Assembly: GCA_003054695.1 (NCBI GenBank)
Contig: QAZA01000045.1
Coordinates: 669,956-693,955 of the forward strand
Direction: 5' to 3'
Origin: Verrucomicrobia bacterium LW23
GTDB taxonomy: Bacteria > Verrucomicrobiota > Verrucomicrobiia > Methylacidiphilales > UBA1321
DNA length: 24,000 nt
The notes beneath the pieces are model-generated. The model had not been told where the DNA came from, searched no databases, and worked only from the letters and a program-made list of their open reading frames with translations. Below, piece after piece: positions 1-8,281 of this stretch. Position 1 is the first letter of the stretch, and each line of letters begins with the position of its first letter. A program made the translations under genes and the position numbers.

Positions 1-130
1 TTCCCGAGTCAAGCGAGGTTACCCCGGGAAGAGGCGCCTACCAAACAACCCCAGCGTGGATTGTATCCTTTGGATGGGGATCGCGACAAGAACAAGGAAC
101 TTTCAGACAGGCCTGCCCAGCAAGCTCCCT

Positions 131-232
131 CCCCCGTTGCGACCGTTGCGTGAAAATCCGCCAGGTACTTGGCTCCGCGAGTAGACGTAGCCCGACGAGG
201 AACAGATTTTCACGCAACGGCCGCAACGGGGG
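131..232. repeat. Imperfect palindrome, 28-nt arms and 46-nt loop (9-bp-periodic hairpin superfamily, CCGTTGCG variant)
   Basis: Left arm 131-158 is CCCCCGTTGCGACCGTTGCGTGAAAATC. Right arm 205-232, GATTTTCACGCAACGGCCGCAACGGGGG, is its reverse complement with one mismatch (27/28). The arms are a tandem CCGTTGCG(A/T) 9-mer bracketed by a C-run and a G-run. Weaker complementarity continues outward to roughly 110-260. Confidence 0.85.
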
Positions 233-304
233 AAGAAAGCTTGCTTGAGCGGGCTGCCTGTCAAAGCGCATCCTTCCCCTTTTGGTCCAGGGAAGCGCCT
301 GTTT

Positions 305-346
305 AGACCAATTCGGTTCAGAGCAAATCACATGGTTAGTTGGTCT
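305..346. repeat. Short hairpin with AGACCAA termini, possibly an internally deleted relative of the 17709-17872 palindrome
   Basis: AGACCAATTCG at 305-315 is identical to the first 11 nt of the 17709-17872 palindrome. TTGGTCT at 340-346 is the inverted terminus, and 28 nt lie between them. Confidence 0.4.
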
Positions 347-413
347 TACGCATGGGTTTAAACTGCTCCAAACGTCATTTCGAACGTCCCCGCGCGAGCT
401 TTTGCAATAGCCT

Positions 414-914
414 TTAATCCACCGCGGCTATTGCATCCGCGTTGATGGTTTTGGCGATACGGGTGAGCTCGTGGTCGGTGGCGCCTTCCTCGTCCAGGGT
501 GCGTTGCAGGAGCTTGGCTATCTCCTTGTGGCCCAACAGTTCGGCAAAGATGCGGGCGGTGCCGTAGCCGGCGATCTCGTAGTGCTCCACGCGCTGGGCG
601 GCGGCGATGAGCGCGGCGTCCTTCACGGCGACTTCGGCGTCCTCGTGGATGACGTCGGCGCCTTCTTCCACGAGGCCCTTCATCGCGGCGCAGGATTTGC
701 CGCGCGGGGAGGCGCCCAGCTGCTCCATAATTTGCTCGATGCGGGCGGCGTGCTCTTCGGTCTGCTTCAGATGCTTCTCAAAGCCGGCGCGCAGTTTGGG
801 CGATGAGGCCGCCGCCGCCATTTTGGGCAGCGCCTTGATGAGCTGCGTTTCCGCACTGTAAAGATCTTTAAGTTCGTGCACCAGAAGCTGTTCTAGAGTG
901 GATAGTTTGGACAT
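414..914 (-). CDS. DUF892 / YciE-YciF family ferritin-like stress protein
   Basis: The 166-aa product from the ATG at 912-914 (MSKLSTLEQLLVHELKDLYSAETQLIKALPKM ... AAAQRVEHYEIAGYGTARIFAELLG) resembles the YciE/YciF four-helix-bundle family over its whole length. The 240-aa ORF-track version (to 1136) only adds 74 non-conserved residues. Confidence 0.9.
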   Translation of the reverse strand: MSKLSTLEQLLVHELKDLYSAETQLIKALPKMAAAASSPKLRAGFEKHLKQTEEHAARIEQIMEQLGASPRGKSCAAMKGLVEEGADVIHEDAEVAVKDAALIAAAQRVEHYEIAGYGTARIFAELLGHKEIAKLLQRTLDEEGATDHELTRIAKTINADAIAAVD

Positions 915-1221
915 GAGAGAAACGTGTTTTGAAGTAATGAGAATGTGACTTGACGATGATTTTAGGAGAGGCAAGAGCCGTGCCATGTCACTCGCGATAT
1001 CTGCATCCTTCTGCCTGCCAACATGTTGCGCTTCCCGCAAGCGAGTGCGTCGCGCTGCCTCCATGCAAAATGTCGGGCGATACGATCCCGCAGCCTGCGG
1101 AATGCATGGAAGGAAGGAGTGCCCCCGCGGATCCACTCCCCTTCATGGTCCCCACCTTCGCGCTTTTCCGTGGTGAATGCTCCCCCGCTTCCCCTGTCCC
1201 CATGGAAGGCGGACCATTTTC

Positions 1222-1251
1222 TTGCGAAAACGGCGTCAAATGTGTGATAAT
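1222..1251 (+). promoter_or_regulatory. Candidate sigma70-type promoter with extended -10; the predicted TSS falls on ATG 1258 (leaderless mRNA)
   Basis: TTGCGA (1222-1227), an 18-nt spacer ending in TGT (1243-1245), then GATAAT (1246-1251). The A of ATG 1258 lies 7 nt after the -10 hexamer. This rests on motif matching only. Confidence 0.3.
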
Positions 1252-1257
1252 GCGGGG

Positions 1258-2298
1258 ATGCATGCGGAAGCGAAAAACCTGCAGGCGGCGCTGTCCCCGT
1301 CGCCGGCAGAATCGGCGGATCGGGCAGGCTCCACAACCAGCACAACACCAGCTCCTTCGGGTAGCGGCGCCAACGAGCGCGTGGTGCGGCTGCTGACGGT
1401 GGGCAACAGCTTTGCGGACGACGCCACGTTTTTCCTGGCAAAACTTGCCCGCAGCGCCGGCGGCCGGCTCGTAATGCTGGGCTGCAACCTGGGCGGCCAC
1501 AGCTTTGAGCAGCACGCGGGCTATATGGCTGCGTATGAGAAAGATGCGGAGGATCCCGCCGGCACGCCGTACCGGGATCGCATCCACCCCGTTACGGGTG
1601 CGACAACCCATTTCTCCCTGCGCGCGGGCCTGGAGGCGGACGCGTGGGACTACGTTACCGTCCAGCAAAACAGCATCCAGAGCTTCCGTCCGGAGACCTA
1701 CGAGCCGTGGGCGACCGAGGTGCTTGCCTACATTCGCAAGCACGCGCCGCAGGCGGAAATCCTTGTGCATGAGACCATTGCGTATCGCGAGGACTCGCCG
1801 CTCTTTGCGGCGTCCGATACGTTTACGCAGGCCGCCATGTACAACCGGCTGCGCGCCGGCTACGCGGCCCTGGCAGCGCGCAACGGGCTGCGCGTCATCC
1901 CCGTGGCCACCAGTTACCAGACGGCGCGTGCCACGCCGGAGTGGACGTTTACGCGCGACCCGGCGTTTGATTACGACAAGCCCGTCTACCCCGCGCTGCC
2001 CGATCAGTCCAAGAGCCTTAACATTGGCTACAAGTGGGACGCCCCGGCCCCGCTGAGCGGCGGCAAACCCACCTTCGGCCACGATCCCAACCACAGCAAC
2101 GACTTTGGTAAGTACCTGGGCGCGTGCACCTTTTACGAAGTGCTGTGGCGCGATGACGTGCGCAGATGCACCTTCCATCCCCCCACTATCACCGCCGGGC
2201 AAGCCGACCACCTGCGCGAGATCGCCCACCAGGCCGTCGCCTCCCGCGCAGACGTGGCGCTAAGCCCGGCAACACCGGCCGGCGTTGCCACGGCGTAA
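1258..2298 (+). CDS. DUF4886-family SGNH-like hydrolase (function unknown)
   Basis: The collinear pattern typical of DUF4886 is present: VRLLTVGNSFADDA, GCNLGGHSFEQH, AWDYVTVQQNS, EILVHETIAYRED, VIPVATSYQTAR, and HSNDFGKYLGACTFYEVL at the C-terminus. The start is uncertain: ATG 1258 is preferred, with ATG 1177 and 1240 as alternatives. No N-terminal hydrophobic signal peptide is visible with any of them. Confidence 0.85.
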   Translation: MHAEAKNLQAALSPSPAESADRAGSTTSTTPAPSGSGANERVVRLLTVGNSFADDATFFLAKLARSAGGRLVMLGCNLGGHSFEQHAGYMAAYEKDAEDPAGTPYRDRIHPVTGATTHFSLRAGLEADAWDYVTVQQNSIQSFRPETYEPWATEVLAYIRKHAPQAEILVHETIAYREDSPLFAASDTFTQAAMYNRLRAGYAALAARNGLRVIPVATSYQTARATPEWTFTRDPAFDYDKPVYPALPDQSKSLNIGYKWDAPAPLSGGKPTFGHDPNHSNDFGKYLGACTFYEVLWRDDVRRCTFHPPTITAGQADHLREIAHQAVASRADVALSPATPAGVATA

Positions 2299-2369
2299 CG
2301 CCGCGCGTAAACGTTTTGTCAGCCGCGGGACCGTGCCTGCCCGGGGGGGAGACCAGGATCCCGCTGGCG

Positions 2370-2654
2370 TCAACCAGCCTCGCCGTCCGACGCCTCCTGC
2401 CCGGGGAAAATGACGGCGATGACGGCGCCCAGGACAATCATACCGATACGGATCATCCAGCCTGTTTCCGGTCCCCAGTGGTCGACCCACATCAGTATCT
2501 TGAGCTCCATGTTGATCAGGTTGAGGACAAGCGACACGATGCCGCAGATCATGAGACCGTAGCCGATGGAAGCCATAGTGATAAGCCGGTGGGGATTGCC
2601 CGAAGCAAGCAAGTTTAGACGGCGAACGACGGTAAAACGCGACAGGCGCTTCAC
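2370..2654 (-). CDS. Small hypothetical membrane protein (two predicted TM helices)
   Basis: Two hydrophobic stretches (GYGLMICGIVSLVLNLINM and WMIRIGMIVLGAVIAVIF) with coding-like third-position GC. The track start at 2652-2654 is GTG. An ATG at 2574-2576 (MASIGYGL...) would give a 68-aa protein. I recognise no homolog. Confidence 0.55.
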   Translation of the reverse strand: MKRLSRFTVVRRLNLLASGNPHRLITMASIGYGLMICGIVSLVLNLINMELKILMWVDHWGPETGWMIRIGMIVLGAVIAVIFPGQEASDGEAG

Positions 2655-2957
2655 GCGTGTGACATCGTATCAGCGGCTTTATTTACGTAAAGAATATATC
2701 TCCTCGCCTTACTCTATACGCAACCCTCTGGCAGAGAGCTCCTTAGTTGGAGGGACTGGTGGCATCTTGTGTGACATGGAGAGATTTTTCCCGCAGAAGC
2801 CATGTGATGGGCCTATGACGGGCCTAAGTTGACCTCCATTTGCAGGCGGCGCTTTGCCTTGCAAAATATGGTGCGCTACAAAGTCATATTGCGAGTTACA
2901 CACCCTCACGCACGCTTCCAGGCCTCCTCCCCGTCAGTAATGCACACATACTCCGGC

Positions 2958-4160
2958 TCAGTCCGCCTTTGCCCCACCTTGCCAGGCGCAACGGAGGTTG
3001 AGGAGGCGGCGCCCGGCGGCGTCGAGGGTCTCCAGGCGCTTGGCGAAGTGGAAACGAATGTAGGTGTGCACGCCGGCCCCGGGGTCCGCCGTGTTGCGGA
3101 AGAAGCTGGAGCCAGGGACGCCGGCGACGCCGACTTCCTTGGCAAGCCACAGCGCAAAGTCTGTATCCCGCTCGTAGCCAAAGCTTTGGATGTTGACCAG
3201 GACGTAGTAGGCGCCCTCGGGCGTCTCGAATTCCAGGCCCGCGTCGCGCAGGTAGCCGAGGAAGAGCTCGCGCCTGGTGGCGTAGTCGCGCGCCAGCCCG
3301 GCGTAGTAGTCATCGCCCAGCTGCAGCGCGGTAACGGCGGCCTCCTGCAGCGGTGCGGCGGCGCCCACGGTCAGGAAGTCGTGCACCTTGCGGGCGCCGG
3401 CGATAACCCGCTCGTGCGCAAGCACATAGCCCAGGCGCCAGCCGGTAATGCTGTACGTTTTGCTGAGGGATCCGCACGTGATGGTGCGCTCCCACATGCC
3501 GGGCAGTGTGGCAAAGTAGATGTGCCGGTGGGGCGCGTAGACGATGTGCTCGTACACTTCGTCCACAATAACAAACGCGTCGTGCTCCACCGCCAGCCGG
3601 GCGATGACCTCCAGTTCGTCCGCGCGGAAGACGCGGCCGCTGGGATTGGCCGGGTTGCACAGGATAATCGCCTTGGGCCTGTGCTGGCGGAACGCGTGCG
3701 CAAGTTCCTCCGCATCAAACTCAAACGTGGGCGGGCGCAGCGGGATAAAGACAGGCACGGCGCCGCTCAGGATCGCATCGGCCGCGTAATTCTCGTAAAA
3801 CGGGGTAAAGACGATGACTCGATCGCCCGGGTTGCACGCCGTCATCACCGCCACCATCATCGCCTCCGTGCTGCCGCAGGTGGTAACGAGGTGCTTGTCG
3901 GGATCGATTCCGGCCAGCCCGGTAAAACGCCGCAGCTTCTCGGCCAGCGCCGCGCGAAAGTTGGGAGCGCCCCAGGTGATGGAGTACTGGTGCACGGGGC
4001 GCCGCACCGCGCGTTCCAGCGCCTCCAGCACAACCTCCGGCGGTTCAAAGTCGGGGAACCCCTGCGCCAGGTTAATGGCGCCATGCGTGTTCGCCACGCG
4101 CGTCATTTCGCGGATAACAGATTCGGTAAAGCCTTTGAGGCGGTCGGCGGTATCGGGCAT
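2958..4160 (-). CDS. PLP-dependent class I/II aminotransferase (YbdL / kynurenine-aminotransferase-like)
   Basis: The 400-aa product carries the fold-type I hallmarks: AINLAQGFPDF, GSTEA, NPANPSG, and the PLP-lysine motif SLSKTYSITGWRLGY. It has an ATG start and is full length. Confidence 0.95.
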   Translation of the reverse strand: MPDTADRLKGFTESVIREMTRVANTHGAINLAQGFPDFEPPEVVLEALERAVRRPVHQYSITWGAPNFRAALAEKLRRFTGLAGIDPDKHLVTTCGSTEAMMVAVMTACNPGDRVIVFTPFYENYAADAILSGAVPVFIPLRPPTFEFDAEELAHAFRQHRPKAIILCNPANPSGRVFRADELEVIARLAVEHDAFVIVDEVYEHIVYAPHRHIYFATLPGMWERTITCGSLSKTYSITGWRLGYVLAHERVIAGARKVHDFLTVGAAAPLQEAAVTALQLGDDYYAGLARDYATRRELFLGYLRDAGLEFETPEGAYYVLVNIQSFGYERDTDFALWLAKEVGVAGVPGSSFFRNTADPGAGVHTYIRFHFAKRLETLDAAGRRLLNLRCAWQGGAKAD

Positions 4161-4460
4161 GGTGGGCGGCTATGATTTGGCAATCGCGCCGCAAGCGCAA
4201 GCCGAAAGCACATAGACATGCTCGGGAATAATCGCGGCGGGGACGGGGATGGGGGAATCCGGCCGCTTCTCCGCGTGCTCGTCCCCTCCGACAGCCGCTC
4301 TTTTTTGTTCCCCACTTTTCCCAATCGCGCCGGTTGCCTTTGGGGGCGGGAGATCGTATGGTGTGGTCCCCCTTCTGCCCATGATTGAACTGCGGGTTTG
4401 TTGTTTCGCCCGTACCGCCGATCGTGGGCCTTTCTATCTGGAGGGATGAGCAGTTCTCTT

Positions 4461-4490
4461 TCGACACTCTTCGACACTTTTCGATTTCCC
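4461..4490 (+). repeat. Three tandem 10-mers (TCGACACTCT TCGACACTTT TCGATTTCCC) ending 10 nt before the FGGY kinase ATG
   Basis: Read directly from the sequence. The TCGA cores sit at 4461, 4471 and 4481, about one helical turn apart. Confidence 0.7.
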
Positions 4491-4500
4491 CCCTGCCAGT

Positions 4501-6279
4501 ATGGCCGCACGCAAAAAAACATCCGCAGCGCCCGCTCCGTCCAAAGCCAGGGCGAAAGCCGCACCCGCTGCCCCCCGCAAGGATAAGGATAAGCCAAAGA
4601 CGACCGCCACAGCAGCGGCAGCATCCGCAGCGCCGGCCCCGGCCGATCCGCCCATCCGCAAAGGCACCACCACCACGCCAAACGTCGCGGCTATTGCGGC
4701 GCGGCGCAAGGCGCTGGCAACAGCGGCGGTGGCTTCCGCCTCGGGCGGGCGCGAGCTGGTGCTGGGCATTGATGTCGGCACCTCCTCCATGCGGTGCGCT
4801 TTGTTCGACATTAAGGGCAACCGCCTGCCGGAGACAACCGCGCAGGCCGGCTACAGCCTGCGCGTCAAGGGCGACGGCACGGCGGAACTCGCTCCCGCGC
4901 AACTACTTCGCGCCACCGTTCTGTGCCTGCAAACCACTCTGGCCGCGCATGCGCAGGCGGAGGGCGGCCTCTCCACGCGCGCCATCGTCGCTGTGGGCAT
5001 GTCCTGCTTCTGGCACAGCCAGATGGGCGTGACGGCCGCCGGCAAGGCGGTTACCCCCATCTACACATGGGCCGACGCCCGCTGCCGCGAGGACGCCGCG
5101 CGCCTGCGCCGCACGTGGAGCGAGGAGGAAGCCCATGCCCGCACCGGCTGCATGGTGCGCTGCAGCTACTGGCCCGCCCGGACCACCTGGCTGCGCCGCA
5201 CCAGCACAGAGCTGTGCGCCCGCGTGGCCCGCTGGGTCAGCCCCGGCGAGTGGCTGCTGGAGCAACTGACCGGCCACGCGCAATGCTCCATCAGCATGGC
5301 CAGCGGCACCGGCCTCTACAACATCAGCGGGCTGGAGTGGGACGGCGTCATCCTCGGCCGCCTGAACCTGAGCGCCAGCCACATGAATCCTGTCAGCGAC
5401 GAGCCACTGCGCATGTCGCCCGAGATGGCCGGCAAATACCCCGCGCTGGCGGAGGCCGCATGGTACAGCCCCATCGGCGACGGCGCGGCCAGCAACCTGG
5501 GCAGCGGCGCGGTGGGCAACGGCATGGCGGCCATCAACGTAGGCACCAGTGCGGCCGTGCGCATCATCCACAAGCTGGGCGAGGACGAGACGGCCGGCGC
5601 ACCGCTCGGGCTCTTTTGCTATCGCGTGGATGACAAACGCGAGCTTGTGGGCGGCGCCATCTCCAACGCGGGCAACCTGCGCGCCTGGTGCCTGCGCGAG
5701 CTGATGCTGCCCGACGACGACGCCGTCATCGAGCGCGCGCTGAAGGAAATGCCCGGCCCGGACCACGGCCTCACCGTCCTGCCCTTTTGGGTAAATGAAC
5801 GCGCGCCCACCTGGCCGGAGGACCTCAGCGGCACCATCTTTGGCCTGCAACAAAGCACCACCGCCGTCGACATCCTCCAAGCCACCACCGAGGCCGTCTA
5901 CCATCGCCTGGCGGAGATCATCCGCAAAATGCGCGACGGCGGCCAGACCGCGCGCCAGCTCATCGTAAGCGGCGGTATCCAAAAGAGCCGCAGCGCGTTA
6001 CAACGCCTGTGCAACGTGCTGGGCCAACCCGTGTGGGCCAGCCCGGAGCCCGAAGCCAGCCTGCGCGGCGCCGCCGTCTACGCCCTGGGCCGCATGGGCC
6101 GTGACGTCGCCGCCCCCGAGCTGGGCAAGCCCCTGGAGCCCGACCCGGAGATCGCCACCGCGTACGTCGCCGCCCGCACCCGCCAAATCCGCCTGGAGGA
6201 GGCGATGCACGCCTACGTCAAGCCCGCCCCCACCATGCCCGTAGGCGGCGCCCACCACCTGCCGCCGCTGACGGATTAG
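4501..6279 (+). CDS. FGGY-family carbohydrate kinase (gluconokinase-like) with an ~85-aa basic Ala/Pro/Lys/Thr-rich N-terminal extension
   Basis: The FGGY N-terminal phosphate-1 motif LVLGIDVGTSSMRCALFD starts at aa 87. The C-terminal domain motifs are GGAISNAGN and LIVSGGIQKS. The only ATG upstream of the kinase core is 4501. An in-frame GTG at 4759 (VLGIDVG) is an alternative start that would remove the extension. Confidence 0.9.
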   Translation: MAARKKTSAAPAPSKARAKAAPAAPRKDKDKPKTTATAAAASAAPAPADPPIRKGTTTTPNVAAIAARRKALATAAVASASGGRELVLGIDVGTSSMRCALFDIKGNRLPETTAQAGYSLRVKGDGTAELAPAQLLRATVLCLQTTLAAHAQAEGGLSTRAIVAVGMSCFWHSQMGVTAAGKAVTPIYTWADARCREDAARLRRTWSEEEAHARTGCMVRCSYWPARTTWLRRTSTELCARVARWVSPGEWLLEQLTGHAQCSISMASGTGLYNISGLEWDGVILGRLNLSASHMNPVSDEPLRMSPEMAGKYPALAEAAWYSPIGDGAASNLGSGAVGNGMAAINVGTSAAVRIIHKLGEDETAGAPLGLFCYRVDDKRELVGGAISNAGNLRAWCLRELMLPDDDAVIERALKEMPGPDHGLTVLPFWVNERAPTWPEDLSGTIFGLQQSTTAVDILQATTEAVYHRLAEIIRKMRDGGQTARQLIVSGGIQKSRSALQRLCNVLGQPVWASPEPEASLRGAAVYALGRMGRDVAAPELGKPLEPDPEIATAYVAARTRQIRLEEAMHAYVKPAPTMPVGGAHHLPPLTD

Positions 6280-6310
6280 CGCTTTGGCGTTCATCGTATC
6301 GCAGCGCACC

Positions 6311-6430
6311 CAGGCTCCCAGAACGGCTGAGCCGTTCCATACCATAGCCGGAGGGTGCCCGCAGCATTCTGATGCGAGGACTACCCCGGGAAAGTTCGCA
6401 TCGGGAACCATACGCGAACCCTTCGCGCGC
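6311..6430 (+). repeat. Dispersed ~120-nt three-hairpin element (family 2), copy a
   Basis: 6321-6390 aligns at about 90% with 13916-13986 and with the reverse complement of 14161-14227 (core GCCGTTCCATA.CATAGCC...GCCCGCAGCATTCTGATGCGAGGACTACCCCGG). It contains the hairpins GAACGGC-TGA-GCCGTTC (6321-6337) and CGCGAA-CCC-TTCGCG (6413-6427). It lies between the convergent FGGY and dus genes. Confidence 0.8.
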
Positions 6431-6549
6431 GCTCATCGCACGGGCCCCCTCAACAACATTCAAACAGCGTTTTGACTCCAAGGGGGGTATGCTTTCCTCC
6501 GCTGTCGTTAGCTTTTTGCTATGGGGAGGCCTGGGTCTCACTCAATACA

Positions 6550-7656
6550 TCAATACGCCGCCTGCGTGGCGTTGAGGGAGGCGGCCCAGTTGGGCTCCGT
6601 TGCGTAGGCGTCCGCATCGGCGCGCTCGGGGGCGAGGAGGTAGGCGTCGCAGGCGGCAAACAGCTCGGCCAGGGTGGAGGCTTTGCGGAGGTTGCGGACA
6701 AACGCGTCGTCGCCGCCCAGGCCGGGAGCGATGTAGTTGAGGAGCTTTTTGAGGTGGCCCAGGTGGGCGCGCTCGCTGGTGCCTTCGCGGCGGGTTTCGC
6801 GCGCCAGCACGTCGATGTAGCCCCGCACGTCGGCCATGGTGGGGCGGAAGCGCGGGGCGCCGGCCGGCAGCTCGTAATGCTCGCGTATCTGGCGAAATAT
6901 CCACGGGTTGCGGATGGCGCCGCGGCCGATCATCAGCCCGCGCACGCCTGTATCGGCAGTGATGGCCTGGGCCGTGGTGGTGCAGCGCACGTTGCCGTTG
7001 GCCAGCACGGGGGTGCCCGCGCCGGGCGCCTGCATGCGCCGGGCGGCGGCGCCGATAAGGTCGTAGTGCACCACCGGCCCGTACATCTCGCGCACGGAGC
7101 GGCCGTGCACGGTCAGGGCGTCGAGCTGGTGCGAGGCGAAGATGTCGAGCAGCCGCGGGAAGTCGGCCGCGCTGTCGTAGCCGATGCGTGTCTTTACTGT
7201 AAAGCCGATGGCCGCGCCGCTACCGTCGCCGCACGGGGCGCCGATGGCTCCGCGCAGGGCGCGCAGGATGGCGTCGATGTGCGGTAAGTCGCGCAGCAGG
7301 CCGCCGCCGGCGTCCTTGCGGCACACAACCGGAGCCGGGCAGCCGAGGTTAAGATCCACAGCCACAATGGGATGTCGCTGCAGCACGGCTGCCGTCCGTA
7401 CCAGGCTGGGGATGTCGCGGCCAATCATCTGGGCGATAACAGGCCGGCCCGTTGCGTTGGCGTCGATATCGGCCAGGATGGGCTTCTCCGGGTGGCTGTC
7501 GGGATGCACCCGAAAGTACTCAGTATACAGCACATCCGGCGATCCATAATGCGCCAGCACGTTCCAGAACCGCAAATCCGTCACATCCTGCATGGGCGCC
7601 AGCGCCAGCACCGGCCGGTGCGCCGGGAGAAAGCGTTGGAGGACGGAGGCATGCAT
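6550..7656 (-). CDS. dus: tRNA-dihydrouridine synthase family protein
   Basis: The 368-aa product from the ATG at 7654-7656 (MHASVLQRFLPAHRPVLALAPMQDVTDLRFW...) carries the catalytic-cysteine motif DLNLGCPAPVV and a TIM-barrel Dus pattern. The longer track ORF (to 7806) reads into a palindromic repeat. Confidence 0.9.
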   Translation of the reverse strand: MHASVLQRFLPAHRPVLALAPMQDVTDLRFWNVLAHYGSPDVLYTEYFRVHPDSHPEKPILADIDANATGRPVIAQMIGRDIPSLVRTAAVLQRHPIVAVDLNLGCPAPVVCRKDAGGGLLRDLPHIDAILRALRGAIGAPCGDGSGAAIGFTVKTRIGYDSAADFPRLLDIFASHQLDALTVHGRSVREMYGPVVHYDLIGAAARRMQAPGAGTPVLANGNVRCTTTAQAITADTGVRGLMIGRGAIRNPWIFRQIREHYELPAGAPRFRPTMADVRGYIDVLARETRREGTSERAHLGHLKKLLNYIAPGLGGDDAFVRNLRKASTLAELFAACDAYLLAPERADADAYATEPNWAASLNATQAAY

Positions 7657-7701
7657 GGCGGGGAGGGGAAAGGGGAATGGAGGAAGGGAAAGGGGAATTG
7701 T

Positions 7702-8089
7702 ATAACCACGAAGCACACGAAGCACACGAAATTTCGGACGGGGACGAAAAGGGGCGGGGACTTTAGAGGCAGGCTCGCCGTGGTGCACTCCCCCCGTCCT
7801 TACCATTTGTCCCGTCCCCTCTTCGCGTCCTTAGCGTCCTTAGCGTCCTTAGCGTCCTTAGCGCCCTTTGCGCCCTTTGCGCCCTTTGCGCGAATAGGCC
7901 CCACACGTATCGCCTCACGTTTACGCAAGTCCTTACCACAACGAAGTTTCACGCAAAGAGCGCAAAGGACGCAGGGGACGCAAAGGGGGGATTAAGGCAA
8001 TAGAAATGAACTCGTCACCCCTTGTCCCTTGTCTTGTGTCCCCATCCCCTTTTCGTCCCCTCCGTAAATTTCGTGTGTTTCGTGGTTAA
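7702..8089. repeat. Outer inverted repeat of a nested palindromic complex (arms 7702-7761 and 8038-8089)
   Basis: Left arm: ATAACCACGAAGCACACGAAGCACACGAAATTTCGGACGGGGACGAAAAGGGGCGGGGAC. Reverse complement of the right arm: TTAACCACGAAACACACGAAATTTACGGAGGGGACGAAAAGGGGATGGGGAC. They differ by a handful of mismatches and indels, and the left arm carries one extra CACGAAGCA 9-mer. G-rich and C-rich flanks extend the symmetry to about 7660 and 8128. Confidence 0.8.
7816..7990. repeat. Inner palindrome of the nested complex; arms built from CCTTNGCG 9-mers (left 7816-7892, right 7950-7990)
   Basis: The left arm contains (CGTCCTTAG)x4 at 7826-7861 followed by (CGCCCTTTG)x3 at 7862-7888. The right arm CACGCAAAGAGCGCAAAGGACGCAGGGGACGCAAAGGGGGG is the complementary 9-mer type but roughly half as long (41 nt against 77 nt). 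The loop is about 57 nt. Confidence 0.8.
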
Positions 8090-8281
8090 ATCCTCCCCCT
8101 TCCCCTGCCGTTCCCCCGTTTTCACGCGTAAAGTCGAAGAAAAGTCTTTCTCCTGAGCGCCGGACGGCATAAAAGGTTCCTTTCGACGCGTTCCTTTGGT
8201 GCGCGACGGGGCGGGAATCCTCCGGGTTTCCGCGCCGGCTTTCACTCCTTAGCCCTTCAGCATCAGCATCTTGCAGCAGTA

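Noticed and set aside
2829-4175. 448-aa plus-strand ORF
   Set aside because: It is the exact antisense shadow of the aminotransferase gene, which has unmistakable PLP-enzyme motifs. The same reasoning rejects 988-2229(-), 4903-5982(-), 6472-7287(+), 8249-8767(-), 8841-9710(-), 10221-11573(-), 11604-12353(+) and 18196-19566(+).
7657-7806. 50-codon N-terminal extension of the dus ORF
   Set aside because: It translates the outer palindrome arm (FRVLRVLRG...PFPFPLP). Conserved Dus sequence begins right after the internal ATG at 7654-7656.
7826-7888. Tandem 9-mers considered as a possible CRISPR or other spacer-containing array
   Set aside because: The units are contiguous with no spacers, are only 9 bp long, and form one arm of a palindrome. 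No cas genes are present.
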